Notes: generated by a model not told the origin, from the letters alone. A stretch of DNA of 64,000 nt from Ramazzottius varieornatus (GCA_001949185.1 BDGG01000004.1:29566-93565); one strand, 5' to 3'. Shown: positions 38,922 through 51,700, counted from the first letter of the stretch. Translations and numbers: made by a program.

Positions 38922-40761
38922 ATGTCGCACTCTAAACTCAAGACTGGCTCTCGGGTACATCAGGAGCTGACGTTGGAAGCAGCGATCCATGAAGTGAAGC
39001 ACGGAATGAGCCTGACAAAAGCCGCGAAGGTGTTCGGTGTGAGTCGCACGACGATGACAAACCGCATCCAGAATCCATCTCCAAACCCGGTCGGGAGAAA
39101 GACCCAGTTTCCTCCGTATGAACAAGAGCGCCTGGCTGATTTCCTACTGTCATGTTCCTATCAAGGAGTCCCTTTAAACCGATATCACTGTTTGCAGCTG
39201 TTTTCGGGAGTCGCAGTTCAACTGCGTAAGTCAACAGAAACAACGGGACAACAATCGCGAATTTCATTAGAACTTTATGTGTAATTTTATTAGAGTTATG
39301 AAACGCGACGTTCGGCGACAAATTCTTCCGTCGTTTTCTAGATCGTCATGAAGAACGTTCCTTGTGGATTACGCATTGCTCGAATCAGAAGAAAGACAGG
39401 GAGTGGACAGTTGAACGCTGTGAGGATTTTATCTCCAAACTTCAGAAGCTGTACACTGGAGGATTCGTCGAAAGACCAGAACAAGTTTGGAACTCGGACG
39501 AAACTGCCTTTGATACCTCCGAAATGTACGATCGGGTTGTAGCCAGAAAGGGGGCCAAGCGGATTCCCTTCGCAGTTCGACGGAACTGAGAAGGAGTCCG
39601 TGACTATCCTTCCATGTGGAAACGCAGTCGGAATCCAGCTAAAGTTTATGGCTCTCTACTCCGGCAAGGTACATGTCATGTCACGTCTCTACGATACCCA
39701 TGGTCTTTGCTATCACGCGGTTGATTCTTCCGGGTACGTGGATCAAGTTCACTTCGATAGTTAAGTCAAGGAGGAAATTTTTCCAACCATAACAGAGCTA
39801 AAGATAATTTAAACTATGACTGCGCGTGACGTCATTGTGTTTGGTATATGTATGCACGTGGTAAACCGAACGTAGGCTCAACCTATGACGTCACTACGTG
39901 AAGTTCAAATCTGGAGGATTCCTCGTTTATGTTGATTGCTTGATTTGTTGCAGACCGTCATATTTGTTGATGGCCACTTCTCGCATGTCAGTAACCTCTT
40001 GTTGGTTCGTTACTGCAAGAAGTTCTTCGAAGCAATAGGGAAACGGGTGGACATATTCTGTCTTCCAGCCGGGTAGACCAAGCATCTTCAACCGTTTAAT
40101 GTTTCAGCATTCGGAGGGGTGAGGAAGAAGTGGAAGATGTACCTACGTGATCGCCGTCTTTTTGAAGGCGGAATCTTGAGGACTTTGATACACCCATTGC
40201 CATTTCTGAGGGAATACCTTAATTTTTATTTCCGTTCTAATTGTCAGGTCACTAAAGACAATCTGCTCTCGCATGTGGTCAAACTGTGGTACCGGACTGA
40301 GGTATGTGTCGGTAGGAGAGTGCCTCAAGTCCGGATTCGCAAAGACAGGCCTGTTTCCGTTTTCCCCAGATGTGATCAGGAAGACAGTTAAAGCTCATCA
40401 GGATCCGGAGGCATTCACTAGCGGAATCCGCAGTCACGTGGAGCAAGATTTTGCCACTCTGAGAGACATCAAAGAGCCGATCAAGCAGAAAGGTATCACT
40501 CCGGGTGCCGTTTTAGACAACAGCGTTCAGAAGACATTGTTCGGTGAAGTTCCAGTAAAGCAGCGTCGAGAGAAAAACAAGCATCTATGTTTGGAGTCTG
40601 GCGCCCTGACCACTCAACCCAGCTTTGTTGCGGAACTGGAAAAGGAGGAAGCGGAAAAAGCGGCAAAAAAAGTCACGAAAGCAGCCAAGCGGAAAACTCC
40701 AACTCAAGAGCCGGCAAAAGGAAAGTCTAAGGCCACCACAGTCAAAAAGCCACGCAAATAA
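38922..40761 (+). pseudogene. Degenerate pogo/Fot1-like transposase (psq HTH + CENP-B HTH + DDE_1) with introns
   Basis: Motifs LEAAIHEVKHGMSLTKAAKVFGVSRTTM, QVWNSDETAFD, ESVTILPCGNAVG, IFVDGHFSH, HLQPFNVSAFG (third D changed to N) and KSGFAKTGLFPF. There are in-frame stops (TAA near 39761, TAG near 40074) and frameshifts. Confidence 0.85.
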
Positions 40762-41395
40762 CTTTCCTTCGCGGATTCCACTAATTTGGTAACTTCACAT
40801 TGGGGATTCCCTTTCGTTCTGATCATATGTTTCTGTTTTACTTTTTCGTTTGGAACTAGCTGGTCTTTCTCTGATTGTGCGGAAACAAATCCGTGATAAA
40901 AATCAAGATACCACATGTGATCTACCGTGCTGTAATTCCCTACTGCGGTACAGTGTCTGGGAGCACCATTGTCGAAAGCGACATGTGCTGCCATGGTTCC
41001 CTTCAACGGTAATCCAGATAGATGAGCCTACATATCGGAGCATTCCCCCATGAACTTGCCCAACGATCCAAGCACGTGGTTCGCTCTAGCCAAAACCATT
41101 ACTGTTGTGTCACGTGACTCGTCCATACCTTCTTGTTTCAGTGCGTTCCGTGGCAGAGCAAATTGTCACGGTGCAGGAGGACTAAGTCCACCTGGAACGT
41201 AGAGGCCAGATCATCGCCACGGAACTCGAGTCTTTGGGGACTCCAAATATATCACCGCTAGTGGCTAGACGGGCAGCACCTTCATCTGCAGACAGCAGGC
41301 AATTCTCGCCAGAGATAACGATGTCAACTTCCGAGAATACCTCCCCTTCCATCAAGCGCGTTGCCGCACACCAAGCTGCTCATCTACAACAAATA

Positions 41396-41599
41396 CAGTG
41401 TAGGCAAATAAGGTACTCTAAAAGGGGGCAAGGCCAAAATCGACGTGACGCAGAAAGCAAACAGCTGATCAAGCTGCAATCCAGAGACGTGAACTGCCGC
41501 TTGATCTGCTGATTACTTCGAGCCGGAGTTTCTACGTCACTTGTCGAAAACTCGATTTTGACCCTCCCCCCTTTTAGAGTACCTTATTTGCCTACACTG
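41396..41599. mobile_element. Tc1/pogo-type MITE (204 bp) with perfect 33-bp TIRs and TA TSD
   Basis: CAGTGTAGGCAAATAAGGTACTCTAAAAGGGGG occurs at both ends in inverted orientation, with TA flanks. Confidence 0.93.
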
Positions 41600-41707
41600 T
41601 ACCATACAGTCCAGCGTCCGTAGCGTTTACCCAGACGCGATGCGCGAACTGACTGGCCGTGTCAAAACAGCGTCCAAATCGCTGAAAAGAACTGAAAGCC
41701 GATGTGA

Positions 41708-42329
41708 ATGCAGGACAAAGAAGATGTCCACATGTCTCATTCGGGCTTCAATACTTCCACCGTCAACCCCGGACGTAACGTTCCAACTTTCCCCGAGTGT
41801 CTAGTTTCCCTACCGGCGAACGTTCACAGCTATTATTATGGTGGGGACATCAAAGTTGCGGAATTACGCCGTGGAATGTGGCAGCGGAGTTCTTGGCAGG
41901 ATGCAACGAAGTGAGCATACCGAGCCGCAATATCGTGTGGTCAAAAACTGATCTCAGAATGGTGGTCGCTCAAATTTCTGGTTTCTCCTACAGCGAAGCG
42001 TTGTATTGGTTGTTCTCGAAAGACGAACTGGTAGCTGCGGCCAGAAAGAAGGCGGATGTGATCGACCAAAACAGGCTTGATGTGATTTTTTTAAAGAAAG
42101 TGTTATTGAGGGGTGGTTCTTCGGCCACTGCTGTAAACTTTTCTTCCTACTTTTGTAGGTCTGAGCGCGGAATTTTGCAAGCAGATGCATGAAACCGAGC
42201 TGAGTTACGTTGACTTCCGCAAGCACGCCATAACTACCAAGCCCATTACTAGTTGTCAGATGGGAGTTTTTAGACAGCGGGATCGCCATTCTTGTCAGCG
42301 AACTGAACCTACAACAAACCGGACTTTGA
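41708..42329 (+). pseudogene. Decayed paralog of the BEN-domain gene at 43791
   Basis: HSGFNTSTV..SYYYGGDIKVAELRRGMWQRSSWQDAT-N-EALYWLFSKDELV...IDQNRLDVIF-LSAEFCKQMHETELSYVDF aligns with the 44767-45480 exons. The donor after LDVIF lacks GT, and a MITE lies just upstream. Confidence 0.7.
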
Positions 42330-42496
42330 TTTGTTGTCCTTAAGATACTTTGCATTCTTGGTGGTCCCGACTGATCGCTGTAGCTTTTCGAAAGTTGGCA
42401 CAGATCGAAAGCTGACCACCGCCAGACATCTTTTGCTCATCAGCGGGAAGCGCCATCTGCCGCTGCGATGCCGACGATTCATGTCTTACAGACTAA

Positions 42497-43163
42497 TGCC
42501 CCATTCGTGCTTACGCTTCGGCGACAGAAGTCGAAGGCGAGAATTTTGCAATCAAGTAATGCGGCTGCCAACAGTTCGCAAATTTCTGACGCAGGCATGA
42601 TACAACTTTTTCGCTAAGTTTTGACTCTCTGCACCTTTCCGTAAAACTGACTGTCGTTTATACTCCGATTTAGCAGAAACGGAATGTCAGGTCAGGTCAT
42701 GGCATATGGTGTGGTGTCATGTCATACCCCACAACCTGTTGGAAGTGGCCGACTACCTTTGCTCTTTCAAGATTCCTTTGATGCATCTCCTCGTTATCCC
42801 CGTCATCGGCCGTTTCTCGATGAGTCAGTATATACCTCGATCGATTCTATGCAAGAGATCCTGGGTGAGTACAGAAAGGGTTGTATTACAGAAAGATAGA
42901 AAACGCGCCCAAGTGAAAATCCGCCACAAAAACATTTTCCGCAGGCTGCTCGACCTGATTCCCGTAGGTTGCGAAATACGGCACTAAACGAAAAAGTCAA
43001 GGCGAGAAATCGAGCGGAAAAAGCGAAATAATGGACCGTTCGTACGCAAGAACTTTTGTTGCAGCCGCAGAACTTTCGCCGCTGGAATAGCGAACGATGA
43101 CGTCACCAAAAAACCGTTTTTACTGCTGTCTTCTGTCGCCGACGCGTAAGCACGAATGGGGCA
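42497..43163. mobile_element. PIF/Harbinger (Tourist-like) MITE, 667 bp, TAA TSD
   Basis: TGCCCCATTCGTGCTTACGCTTCGGCGACAGAAG matches the reverse complement at 43130-43163 with one mismatch. TAA is present at 42494-96 and 43164-66. Confidence 0.9.
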
Positions 43164-43790
43164 TAAGACAGGAACGCGTTACAGAAAACTCCCAGTCGGG
43201 GTTTCTTAAATTTTTCCTGGTTAAAAGTCTGATCTCAACGTCCGTATCCATCTGAGGGAACAATAAATATTAAAGTTTAGTTTTTAATTCTGTCTGGAGG
43301 CGTTTGATTTGTGTCACTTGTTCCGGACAATACTGTTCATAAAATGTGCATGTGTTTGTCAAGATATATCCATTGCTCTGGTATACCTTGCTGTGCTGTG
43401 GTCAGCTTGCATCAGTCGACATAGGCAGCTGGGCTTTTTGCCTTCCCTTCCATTAGGTGCTTCACGCTTGATGGAGTTAGATATAGGACAGGGGAACAGA
43501 TCATTGGACCATGCGGTTGTCTAATCTAAGAATAGAAAGTACTGTATAACGAGAAAAATAGAATTCGTAGACTTGAACAGAAGAGCAGCGTGGATGAAGC
43601 AATAGGCTTGTGTACAGTGCAAGGCACAAGCATCTGCATCACAGGAAATACACAGCAACTTGCCGACGCATTTCCATTCCGTTACGGGCTCCAACGACTC
43701 TGATAATGTTGAAATGTGATTAGAACTCGTGTTGCCTGAAAACGTCAGTTTTTGCAGCTCACCCCGAATTCACTGAGGAAAAAATTAGCC

Positions 43791-45680
43791 ATGGATGGTT
43801 CCGAGAATATGCCAGCAAAGGACCAAGCTGGCAGCGCCGTTGTATTCTTCCATACCGTCAAGGCTGAGCCACCCGCTACCCTTGTCAGAGCTGTTGCCCT
43901 TTCGGACCTACGCCCTACCAACCGAGATCTCGTACGTGAAAGAGGATTCTGTCAAGTTAGAGTCATAGACAAATGGCTTCCCTGCATTGTTGTGGAAATT
44001 AACGGAAGTAAGCGTTGATATGGTTATTATGAAAGATTACATGAATTCCATACCAGCCACACGTGACACAGCTATCGTTGTACTGAATTGCAAAGACCGC
44101 GTGATCCTCCATTCATTCACATGTACATGTTTGTTTCAGTGCGTTGTCTGGATGAAGAAATCGTCAAGGTACTCGAGGATGAGGTCCATTTAGAACGAAG
44201 AGGCGAGAATATTGCGATGGAACTCGGGTTCTCCAGGGTGCGAAGGACAGTGCTTGACCGAACCACGACACAGCCTCCGAAAGCAGTCCACGGCCAGCAT
44301 GAACGTCTACCTGTTGTCCAACGCTCGATGGATATTCCAGTCACCCCACCAGAGGTTCAAGCTCCCAACTCGTTCACTGCTCCGTCCTCGTCCTCCTCTT
44401 CTCCACAGTCTTCCCCTACCGTCGCTCGAAGCCGCCCGGCCGTGGCTGGAAAGTCTAAGAAAGCCGCTACCCTCTTCCGTGATACCATGCGTAGTCAACC
44501 GATGGATGGGGATCACCACGTCCGGTTGATTGAGAGGGAATATGGAGGCACAGCTTCGACCTCAAGACCGGAAGACAGCGCTCGCAATGGGCGAGTCGGG
44601 AAGGGCGGTGTAAGTGCAATTTTCTACGATAAATTCGAAGGAAGATTAAGATAGCTCTTTCTATTGATCAAGAAACGTTTAATTCAATTTTTATTTGATT
44701 TGACATCTAACCCTAATCTAACATTTGATTTAATACAAAATTTGATAAAAAAATTCTCAATTTCAGGACGGTGGGGATTTGATCTACAAAATCTGCCACT
44801 CCGGCTTCTACTCATCAAATGTCCATTCCAAACGGCCAGTCTCACCAGTTTCCAAGTCGCTAAAGGACTTGCCCAAGACCGTTTTCAGCTATCACTATAA
44901 TCAGGACATAAATGTGGCTGAACTGCGTCATGAAATGTGGCAGAGAAACACTTGGCAAGACGCATCAAAGTACGTGTTTTTACAATGTTTTATAAGCAAA
45001 TGATTTCACCCAGATCGCTATATAATAGCGCAACTTTCATTGGCTGGGAGCGTGCGCTACTTGAAGAGAAAACAATCTAGGTGAATTCAGTGGCATACGT
45101 TCCAATTATGCATGTTACATAGTACTTCGAGATGAAGTTTCGAAACCCAGGTGGTGACCGTTAAGGTTTTCAGTGAGGCTCTTCACTGCCTTTTCTCGGA
45201 CGCTGACCTGACCTCATCTGTGCCCAGCAATGCAGGTGCCACGATGCATCAAAAGAACTTATTGGATCCAACGAGAGTCAACGTCATTTACGGTGAGCAT
45301 GCAGTTCGCAATCGTTGAGTTTTCAGCAGCTTGAAATTATGTAAGAGGAGTTCAATGGTCCTTCTTGCCCTTTTATTTGTACAGAACTGGCCGGCGAGAC
45401 ATGCAGGGATCTGTACAAGACGACGCTGGAGTGGAGGGACTTTGGGAAGAATATTGGGACGCACAAGTCTGTACTACGCAGCAGACTGAGTCTACCCAGA
45501 CGTCGAAAGCGCCCGCATGTCAAGAAGGATGAGGTTTCTAAGGAGCGGGAGAAAAAAAGCAACGAGGAAGAAACGGATTTGCCAGTGCGTCGAAAGTGGT
45601 CTACTGTGAAGGCCGAAATGGTCAAGGTGAAGGACGCGGAGGACATTCATGAGGAAATGAAAAAAGAGTCTGAGAAGTAG
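43791..45680 (+). CDS. BEN-domain protein (BEN-solo/BEND5-like architecture), about 5 exons: 43791-44007, 44140-44609, 44767-44969, 45174-45292, 45385-45680
   Basis: N-terminal beta-rich module AVVFFHT...RAVALSDLR...KWLPCIVVEIN, an S/P-rich linker, a BEN-like pattern EALHCLFSDADLTSS...LLDPTRVNVIYELA...WRDFGKNIGTHKSVLRSRL, and a basic NLS-like RRRKRP. The frame stays open across GT-AG junctions. Confidence 0.7.
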
Positions 45681-45987
45681 GTGGGGGAGACAATGCGGGA
45701 GGAAAGCCTTTCTCGGATTGATCTGTGCATTAAGCCGGCTAGTTAAATGCTTCAAAAGTTCGGAGTTTATGGATCTTGTGTCTGCGTAGAACTATCATCC
45801 AGCTGTTCAATGTCCAGTACCGGTAAAAGAATTAAACGTCTTTTCATATTACCGAGTACTGTATGCTGATCATTCATGCCAAATCTTCCCTGTACCGGCC
45901 AAATCTCATGTCATTCCTATAAATATATCCACAAAGAAATTTTTGTCTTATGAAATCAGAACAGCGACTGTATTGTTCCCCTGTGTA

Positions 45988-46154
45988 CAGTGTACGACAA
46001 AATAAACCGTTAAAAATGGATGTGGGATGGAGCCAGATGGATAAAGCCAATGAAATGTGCGCATGCAGCAAAACCTGATGCTCATTGGCTGAGCCCCAAG
46101 TGAGCTCAGCTGGACTGTTACGCCCATTTTAACGGCTAATTTTGTCGTACACTG
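45988..46154. mobile_element. MITE family B, copy 2 (167 bp)
   Basis: TIRs CAGTGTACGACAAAAT.A.CCGTTAAAA and TTTTAACGGCTAATTTTGTCGTACACTG, with TA flanks. Homologous to 36592-36760. Confidence 0.88.
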
Positions 46155-46365
46155 TACGAGATACTGTGCGACTGAGTGTCGCTAAATAAAGACCATGAAG
46201 TCAAAACTTTTTATCGAACGGAGCTTCCAATACCTATGGTGATGCCATTGGATGGAATACTATCAGATAGACGCCAGTGGAAGACATCCAAATTGATGTA
46301 AACCCAAACATTAAGGCGAAAGCTGTCAAGAACAAGCTCACGTGCCGTTTGCCGCGACAGTAGAG

Positions 46366-46595
46366 CCAAACTTCGTCGCTCACTATACGATTGCAGTGTG
46401 ATCCACTGTTAACATGATGGCTGACGTCACACGCCGAACGGTTTAGTGCCGGAGCGTCACACCCGAATCCACACCGTGTTTTCCGTTTGCGCTTCGCTTA
46501 CGCGTATCCGCTCTCGCTACATCGGCCTCCAAAAGTATTAAGGGTGAGGTTTTTACGGCCTATGTAAATTTCGTCGACTGAGCGAAGAAGTTTGG
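46366..46595. mobile_element. MITE family A, copy 2 (230 bp), with a 5-bp TAGAG direct repeat on both flanks
   Basis: Ends are CCAAACTTCGTCGCTCA and TGAGCGAAGAAGTTTGG. TAGAG occurs at 46361-65 and 46596-600. The interior is homologous to 2307-2538. Confidence 0.85.
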
Positions 46596-46919
46596 TAGAG
46601 CCCCTTGTCACTAGAGCACAGAACAAAAGCTCATATATATTGTGAAGGTCGCGAAGCAACCCCATTGAGCCCGTGCGCCAACTGACATCTCAGTATCGTC
46701 ACCGCAGCGCAAGTTTTCAGTGCCGACCCAGCCGGACCGCGGGTTGGCCAGAAAGAAAGCTGATTTTTACGATGAACAGGTTATGCTTGAATTGAAAGCT
46801 TATTTTTATACTAATTCCTGACCTTTTTGGTCAGAAATCATCCAAAATCAGATAACATGCTGATTGCACACTGATTACAAGCTCAGTTAAATCGGATTTC
46901 GTGCTTAACACTCTGCGTA

Positions 46920-47400
46920 CGACCGTCCTCTTTGTGTATACAATCACTCAGTTTTATTCACCTCCCAGTTTTTGCTTTTGGTCTTTCGAGTCTGGGTCTT
47001 TTTGTTTGCATGTACCTCGGTCTTCTCACCAAAGCAATAGTAATGACCATCGGTCAGCCAAACCCCAGCACGCTGGAAATTTTTTTCTACGGTTTCGGGT
47101 GGTTTTGGTGAAATTTGGTGTTTCGTATCTTCGCGCGAGACACGTGCACGGTATTCGCTTAGAAAAAAACTGGAGCACTGGGGACAGTCGTATCTATCGA
47201 AGCCGAGCCTGGGATAAATTTTGTAGTCGTCAGTGCGGTAAGAAGAAATCAAGACGACCAGTTCTCCCTTTTGAGATTTGGCGTTGATGGCCTGCCAATT
47301 ATCCGAATTTTGAAATTTCGAAAATTGCCTATTGGTTGGACCAGCCTCCGCAACACGGAATCAGCCAATAAAATTCCTGTATACAGAAAGGGGACGGTAG
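46920..47400. mobile_element. Tc1/mariner-type (Stowaway-like end) MITE, about 480 bp
   Basis: The left end CGACCGTCCTCTTTGTGTATACA resembles the reverse complement of the right end, CTACCGTCCCCTTTCTGTATACA. TA flanks both sides. Confidence 0.7.
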
Positions 47401-47447
47401 TATTCTGCAAAAATGAAAACGATCGTGCTGAAAGTGTTGTAGTTGCG

Positions 47448-47468
47448 AGTGTGTGTGTGTGTGTGTGT
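47448..47468. repeat. (GT)n microsatellite
   Basis: About 10 consecutive GT units. Confidence 0.9.
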
Positions 47469-47576
47469 AATTGTGTGTGATGTAATTCAGAGCAGGGACC
47501 TTAGTACATGTAGTTGAGAGTATCCGAGTTAATATTATACAGAGTTAGCACTGTTTAGATTTTCTGCAACTAATTT

Positions 47577-48728
47577 CTATTTTCCTGTTTTGCCGCAAGC
47601 GTTCTTCAGTGCAGCATGCATGCTCTTGACGGTGAATAAGATTAGCAGCGGATCGAAGATGGGGCTGAATGAGTACAAAATCCACACGATGGGGAACCAT
47701 TTGTTGACGTCGATGTGGAACGTGGTCAAAGTGTAGAAGACCTGTGCGGGTGACAGCGACACCAACACGCCAAAAATCAGCAACGACAAGGTCAGGAAGT
47801 TCCCACTGTTGTGCGGGTTCACTTTACGGCGACCTCGACAGCAGATTGTCTTCTTCTTCTTTTCCTCTTCAGAATGCCGATCAACTACCGGAGCTTTGAC
47901 AACCGCGGCGGCAGATGGTTTTCCTTCCGTAGGGCTCTCCTCATGACTAGTGTGCTGCGTACGAGGATGGCCTTTGGAGCTACGAGCGAACGACGTGTTA
48001 CCGGGGGCGACCGCAACCCCAACCCGCTTTGGGTTCCGAGCGCGCTCACGAACCCATGTCTTGTACAGGACGAACGGGTAAACACAGAACACGATAGCGA
48101 TAGGGACATCGAAGACCACCAGGTTTGCAATGTACGCAAAGGACTCCGGACCTTTGACCATGGCTTGGCAGTGGTGGAGCTCAGGCTGGTTGTGAAAGTA
48201 GAGCGCATCCACGACGATACCGGGCACGATCATGGCCAAGACGTACAGCCACATGCAAGCACAGATGGTCACTGGGCGGGCGATGGTGTGAGAACGATGG
48301 AAGCGACGGTAGGCTACGGGCCAGGACACAGCCCACAAACGGTTGATGGCGATGAGAAGATGCGAGTTGTTGACCGTCCCTCCGCCCAGGTAGTTCATGG
48401 CTCGAACCATGGCGCAGTACGGGATAGGCGCGTGTTCGGCCGGGAAAAGTAGGTTGCTCTGGTTGAAAGCGTAGAGGACGGAGGTGAAGAGGAGGTTGGC
48501 CGTGCAGAGGTTTGCCAGATAGTAGTTGAAGGATGTCCGGACGGAATGGTCTTTGATGAAGAGGAACAGGACGATCGAGTTGCACGTCACAGCAACGAAG
48601 TTCATGATGAGGCTGAAACTGTCCTGGAAACCCCATTGGGGAATGACGAATGGAATGGTGGAGTTTGTCCAAGTCACAAAAGACGCGTTCGGTGTGAACT
48701 TCGAATGAGATAGGCTAGTGTTAGCCAT
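47577..48728 (-). CDS. Orphan class-A (rhodopsin-like) GPCR, intronless
   Basis: Seven hydrophobic segments, N-terminal NxS/T sites, TM1 Asn, RTSFNYYLANL in TM2, TM3 Cys, IAINRLWAV at the DRY position, and SPIFDPL in TM7. Confidence 0.88.
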   Translation of the reverse strand: MANTSLSHSKFTPNASFVTWTNSTIPFVIPQWGFQDSFSLIMNFVAVTCNSIVLFLFIKDHSVRTSFNYYLANLCTANLLFTSVLYAFNQSNLLFPAEHAPIPYCAMVRAMNYLGGGTVNNSHLLIAINRLWAVSWPVAYRRFHRSHTIARPVTICACMWLYVLAMIVPGIVVDALYFHNQPELHHCQAMVKGPESFAYIANLVVFDVPIAIVFCVYPFVLYKTWVRERARNPKRVGVAVAPGNTSFARSSKGHPRTQHTSHEESPTEGKPSAAAVVKAPVVDRHSEEEKKKKTICCRGRRKVNPHNSGNFLTLSLLIFGVLVSLSPAQVFYTLTTFHIDVNKWFPIVWILYSFSPIFDPLLILFTVKSMHAALKNACGKTGK

Positions 48729-51700
48729 TGTGAATACGTTCCGTTTCGGTATATTTCCCAGGGAGCTTCAAAGAACCCCTGCCGTGAAAGAAAAAAGATA
48801 GAGATTCGGGGGACCCGTCCGTGAAGAAAGAAAAAAATGGGTGATCTCGGGCAGGTCCTTGGGAATTATGTTAGCACTGTAGGCTGACTAGGTGGATGAA
48901 CCTCTTGACGAAATCGGCAAGAGCATGGTAAGCTTTCATACGGAGAAAATCTGTCTATTTCACTCAGGATTCAAGTTGGTGCCGCGCCCACGTTAATATC
49001 GAAGGACCACTGTGGGTGACAGGGAAGATTACCACTCTAAAAAATAGATGTAGAATTGCCAGAATTACCAGGTCATGCCTTTCATATAGCGCCTAGCCTA
49101 GGCCGGTAAGATGTTTTCGTATTGGATGATTTACTACATGTGGGCCAGTCGATGGCATTAACTTCCACTTGATTGATGGGCAGATAATTAAACAGGAGAT
49201 GAGAGTCAGGTGACATTTAGGATATCCGGATTATTGTAAGCGATGGTGGCGCCTTGGGAATACTGGCGGACGTACCACGAAGCGTATACGTAAACCACCA
49301 GCGGTGCTCTTGTCCGGGGTTTGTGTTCTGAAAAATTACCAGTGAGCAACAGAAGCACGTAACCTTACCGCGGTTTCCACGGATCAAATTTTTACAGCCA
49401 GATGATTGATTGTTCCAATGATGAAATGGACAATCAATCCGCCGATGCGGAAGGGCATGCAATGACATAACAATCGAGGGTCGTAAGCACGAACTGGTAT
49501 TTATACCATCCCTGTTGCTGAGTATCATGAGAAATAGAAACGCGGTTTGTAACCAAGTCGTAAATTGGGTGATTTGAGAAACTCGAAGCTGCATGGATGA
49601 CAGGATATTCTGGATGACGCATCAAGCAGCACATGTGTGACGGTCAAATTCTTTCACGAAGGAACAGTTGCGTTAGTTGCGTGAGAAGAACGTGAATGAT
49701 GTTCGAGCAACGTACTTTATAATTATGGTGTTAGTCAGTGGTGGTTACATCTTGGCATTGACTGCTTCTCTCAGACAAAAAATCCTTACTCGTACAGTCC
49801 GGTCGTTCTATATGTACTCCTCATTTTCTGATTTCAATTTACGGCCTTCTATTCATTCACCATGCTGCATGCCAAAGGTAGCAGCCGAATTACATAACAC
49901 TTAAATTACACCATGGTGTATTTGATTTGATCAGATAATCAAGTATCAGCTGATCAGCTGCTTTGGGGCATGGCGAGCAGTCTTATTGAATTTGGTAACT
50001 TCTTTCTTTTGAACTTGAAACATATGGAGTACATTTCGAACGACCAGACTGTACTTGATTGAATTACTGCCGCATCAAATGAGGATGAACGGAGGGCTGA
50101 ATCAGAAAAAGCCAGTCCAGCTCGACTCAGGTGGCAGCGTCAAGCCACTAATGCAGATTGGTTAAAAATCTGTTCTATTCTCATCACAAGGAGAAGGTAG
50201 TAATTACGGAGGAAATCACGTGACAGACTACGTGCGGTACATTCATATCAGCTCAAGTATTTGGTCTCTGTAACTTGAACCTGCTTGAAATTTAAATATG
50301 CAGCAGGAGACTAAGGAAAATTCATTCACCGGCAAGCTGGATTCAGAAAAATAGGTGGGCCGCTGACGTAACCGTGAGTGTCCAAGTGTTCACGATAAGT
50401 TCTTCAGATTTCACACGAAATTGGTCACGTTTCTGGTGGTATGCCTGATGGTAGTGGGAAGAAAGTCCTCGTGACTTCGCATTGCTATTCGGACAAATGT
50501 TTTGTTCTTGCGATGCAAATAAACTACCTCTGACTCCTGAATACCAATGATGGAAGTGGGCTTTTGATGCATGCTTCGGTATTCAAACAAAAACATCCTA
50601 TTCTTCTGGATCGGCGCGTGATGAGCCGCTCCGGGTTTTGATGAGTTCTGGTGTCAAGTTGAGCTCTCGTTGTTTCGTTTGCTTAGCTCACATATACCTG
50701 TCGGACTCTCACGGGATTTGGATGTAGTCGGAAACAAAAAAACCTGACAGCTAGAAAACACCGCGGTGAAACACACTGCCGGATGGCGAGCCGAGAAGAA
50801 CTTTCAGATTATTGACCACCGAAAATCCCGCTTGCAGGAAACATCATTACTAATTCGACCAGAGCTTTCAAACAGCTAAATCAAGTATTTATGTATCGAT
50901 GACGTCAATGCAAAAGCCTTAATATGATATTAATATATCAGGATACTGGATTCCGGTGTCTGGATGATAGAACATCCCTGCCGCTATGTTTCGGCGAGAT
51001 TCGGCCTACTATAGAGAGCCACGGTGTCGTGTGCCGACAGCCATACATCCCTGGCGATCGCCTGCACTTATATGGGTGTTTGAAAGAGCAATTGTGGTTG
51101 CCTTGTTTGAAGCAAATTTACACCCACATTTTCAATGGCTAAATGAGAGTACTTGCAAAGTAAAAGCTCATAGGGGCTTATGCCCTGGATTATTTGGAAA
51201 ACGTTTTGTTTTTTGCAAAAACCCATCAAACCCCATTGCGAACAATTTTTCGTTTCGTTGATTCACTATTTCTAACATCGAGCAATAACGCACGGGTCCC
51301 AGAACCTGGTGTGAATGCGCTGTTGTCAAATTTCTAGGAACTTACAAAAATTTGAGCATAAACATCTAAAAACTTGCAAAGGCTTCCAAAAAGCTTCGAT
51401 GCTTTAACTTAGAAATTTTAAGATATCCAGAAGTGAAACTGTGTACGTACGTTGAAGCGAAACCCATTTCCTGACGGCGACGGCACAGCCTCGAGCTCAA
51501 CCACACCCGCTGCGTTTGTACTCAATACCTTCATTCTGACGACGAGAGTTTTGAAACTTCATGGTGGTTACTATTTTGAGTGAGCGTGCAAAAACCAGAC
51601 CTGGTTGTTGTATTTTCATAAGCCACTTCGAGAAAACAGGATACGATACTTTAGTAGACATGCATTTCGGCTGGATTACAGCATGGCCTTCAATTCAATT

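Noticed and set aside
38810-41000. Possible degenerate TIRs of the pogo/Fot1-like element (CAATGGT..CACTG..TACCGCA at ~38838 and reverse complement at ~40945)
   Set aside because: The match is too patchy and no TSD is visible, so element boundaries were not called.
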